Source: an uncultured Ruminococcus sp.
GTDB taxonomy: Bacteria; Bacillota; Clostridia; Oscillospirales; CAG-272
Length of the DNA stretch: 34,966 nucleotides
Direction: 5' to 3'
Assembly (NCBI GenBank): GCA_902803255.1
Contig: CADCPG010000066.1
Span: 1-34,966 of the forward strand
Position numbers and translations under genes: made by a program. Shown piece after piece: positions 33,526 through 34,966 of the stretch. Each line of letters opens with the position of its first letter. The stretch's first letter is position 1. Under the pieces are notes generated by a model. It was given only the letters and a program-made list of their open reading frames with translations. It did not search any database and was not told the origin of the DNA.

Positions 33526-34362
33526 TCAGGCTCTGAGAGCCGCGACCGCCTCCGCCTTCTCGTGTGCGAGCCGGAGGAATCCCATGGCGTCGAGTCCCGA
33601 GTAGATGTCGTGTGTGTGCTTTCCGGGCTTCGATTTTGAGGTGAGCTCGTACATCATGCAGCCGCCGAAGTTCTCCCTGTCGAGGCGGGCGGCGATCCCG
33701 GCCCAGTCGGCAAGGCCGTCGAAGGGCATGAGATGGGAGTCGTCGAGCCAGGTTACCGCGCCGGGATCCGTCTGCTTCATGTTGTCGTTGAGGTGCAGGC
33801 AGACGAGTTTGCCTTCGAACAGAGCGGGGACGTCGGCGCAGGCGTTGTAGCACATCTCGTGTCCGGTATCCCAGCAGTAGCCTACGGCGGGCGACATTCC
33901 GAGCGTGTCGCGGAGCTTGATCAGGTATTCGATGCCCTCGACGTTCTCTATCGCGACCGTCACGCCGCACTTTTCCGCCTCATACACGACTTTCGCGAAA
34001 CGCGATACGCCGAGCATGTTCGGCGAGTGCCTGTCCATCCCGATGATCGAATGCGCGACCATGATCCCGACGCCGTTCTCGGCGCAGGCGTGCAGGCAGC
34101 GGATGAGTTCGTCGGCGACATCGTCGCCCTCCCCGCCTTCGTTCCAGATCCTGTCCATCCTGGTGAAGGGGGCGTGGATCGACTGATATTCAAGTCCGCA
34201 CTCCCTGGCAAGCGCGGCAAGCGAGCGGATGTCGCTCCTGTCGCTCCATCCGGTGAAGAAGGCGTCAAATCCGGCCTCGGCTATCATCGGGATCAGTTCC
34301 GCGTCGGTTTTTCCGAGGCCCATTCCGGTCGAGATCCCCGATCTGATCTTTCTTTCTGACAT
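33526..34362 (-). CDS. Sugar phosphate isomerase/epimerase (xylose-isomerase-like TIM barrel) family protein
   Basis: 278 aa with an AP-endonuclease-2/xylose-isomerase-like pattern (YQSIHAPF, VAIENVEG, GYCWDTGHE, VCLHLNDN). Confidence 0.78.
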   Translation of the reverse strand: MSERKIRSGISTGMGLGKTDAELIPMIAEAGFDAFFTGWSDRSDIRSLAALARECGLEYQSIHAPFTRMDRIWNEGGEGDDVADELIRCLHACAENGVGIMVAHSIIGMDRHSPNMLGVSRFAKVVYEAEKCGVTVAIENVEGIEYLIKLRDTLGMSPAVGYCWDTGHEMCYNACADVPALFEGKLVCLHLNDNMKQTDPGAVTWLDDSHLMPFDGLADWAGIAARLDRENFGGCMMYELTSKSKPGKHTHDIYSGLDAMGFLRLAHEKAEAVAALRA

Positions 34363-34541
34363 AATGGCTATCCTGCCTTTCGTTCATTGCCGCCAGTCGG
34401 CCGAACACAATACGGCAATTATTATTTTACTAATTATATAGGAGAATTATGTACTGTGTTTTAACAAAAAAAAGGATAATTGTTAATTGAGTTTTAAACC
34501 TCCGTTAATGAGCCGGCCGCTGCCGCTTAAGCGATGCGATA

Positions 34542-34570
34542 TTGACAAAAGCGCCGGAAAATGGTAAAAT
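34542..34570 (+). promoter_or_regulatory. Sigma-A promoter for the VanZ-like gene
   Basis: TTGACA (34542-34547), 17 nt, TGgTAAAAT (34562-34570). Confidence 0.6.
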
Positions 34571-34599
34571 TGATAAAGCAAAATCATGTTCGGCGGTTG

Positions 34600-34966
34600 A
34601 TGGTTTCGGATATGGGACGGACAGGGAAGAATCACAGCCCGGAAGACGGGATAGCCGGCGGAAGCCGGAATGCCGCGCGTCTGCTCACCGCGGTATCCTT
34701 TGCCGCGCTCGCGCTTGCCGCGGCTGCGGCTGTATTTATTTTCGTCATGTCCTCCGACCCCGCTCCCGAATCCGACGCGAGGAGCGGCAGACTGATAATC
34801 CTGCTCATAAGGATCGCGGGAAAGGATCCGGGATCGATGGCCCCGGCTGAGCTTGAGAAACTGACCGAGAGTCTATCCCTGACGGTGAGAAAGGCAGCTC
34901 ATTTCCTCGAATTCTTCGCGCTCGGCGCATTCTCATCGTCACACGCGCTGGCGGCGGGGCTCTCGT
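34600..34966 (+). CDS. VanZ-like family membrane protein (3' end outside the window)
   Basis: The frame open from 34546 to the window end encodes ...AARLLTAVSFAALALAAAAAVFIFVMSSDPAPESDARSG...VRKAAHFLEFFALGAF, the VanZ pattern (S-x-S ... RK-x-AHF-x-E-F/Y). The start could be ATG 34600 or ATG 34612. This frame is not in the ORF track because it runs off the end. Confidence 0.68.
   Translation, partial: MVSDMGRTGKNHSPEDGIAGGSRNAARLLTAVSFAALALAAAAAVFIFVMSSDPAPESDARSGRLIILLIRIAGKDPGSMAPAELEKLTESLSLTVRKAAHFLEFFALGAFSSSHALAAGLS

Noticed and set aside
34449-34490. 13-codon sORF (MYCVLTKKRIIVN) with AGGAG 4 nt upstream, in the divergent intergenic region.
   Set aside because: No promoter is evident upstream of it, and it lies upstream of the consensus promoter at 34542-34570. 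Such short frames arise easily in AT-rich DNA and the SD spacing is short. It is only worth revisiting if Ribo-seq data exist.
34542-34850. 102-aa + strand ORF from the track, starting at TTG 34542.
   Set aside because: It starts inside the -35 box and encodes an Arg/Cys-rich nonsense-like sequence. A different frame, open to the window end, gives a clear VanZ-family sequence.
1-34966. Scan for CRISPR arrays, IS elements or transposases, integrases, toxin-antitoxin pairs, rRNA genes and long dispersed repeats.
   Set aside because: None was recognised by eye. The only repetitive DNA found is the 15-bp tandem array at 15083-15169 and the terminator palindromes.

Overview
GC-rich chromosomal segment. 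PolC, the gene order and extended -10 promoters point to Bacillota (Firmicutes), probably Clostridia. No mobile elements, CRISPR arrays or rRNA were seen. On the + strand, 1-13 kb holds the conserved housekeeping block: rpsB-tsf, a terminator plus consensus promoter, then pyrH-frr-uppS-cdsA-dxr-rseP-ispG-polC. Directly behind polC (13.1-16.6 kb) is an accessory membrane-lipid-like module. It comprises a CDP-alcohol phosphatidyltransferase homologue with a non-canonical catalytic motif, an ATGA-coupled flippase-like (UPF0104) membrane protein ending in a perfect 15-bp x5 tandem repeat, a cytoplasmic GH20-like TIM-barrel protein and a flavodoxin. A tRNA-Pro(CGG) lies on the - strand at 16686-16762 with its own consensus promoter and an 18-bp perfect hairpin terminator. 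It is followed on the + strand by two tandem DHH/DHHA1 (NrnA/Pde2-like) phosphoesterase paralogues. A bidirectional terminator at about 19.05 kb marks convergence with a 15-kb, 13-gene - strand array (34362 to 19103) that has no internal terminator. In transcription order this array encodes a TIM-barrel isomerase/epimerase, serS, an RNHCP zinc-ribbon protein, a two-module U32 protein, an unknown polytopic membrane protein, a dGTPase-like HD protein, an RDD membrane protein, a CUT1-type ABC importer (ATPase, two permeases, lipoprotein binding protein), an SNase-family lipoprotein nuclease and a 592-aa OB-fold lipoprotein. The window ends with a partial VanZ-like gene. Three candidates for something undescribed stand out. 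(1) The nuclease and OB-lipoprotein genes appear co-operonic with the ABC importer, suggesting extracellular nucleic-acid scavenging or uptake. (2) The membrane/HD/RDD triad is translationally coupled. (3) The lipid module sits directly behind polC. All functional calls rest on motif recognition by eye; no database search was possible.
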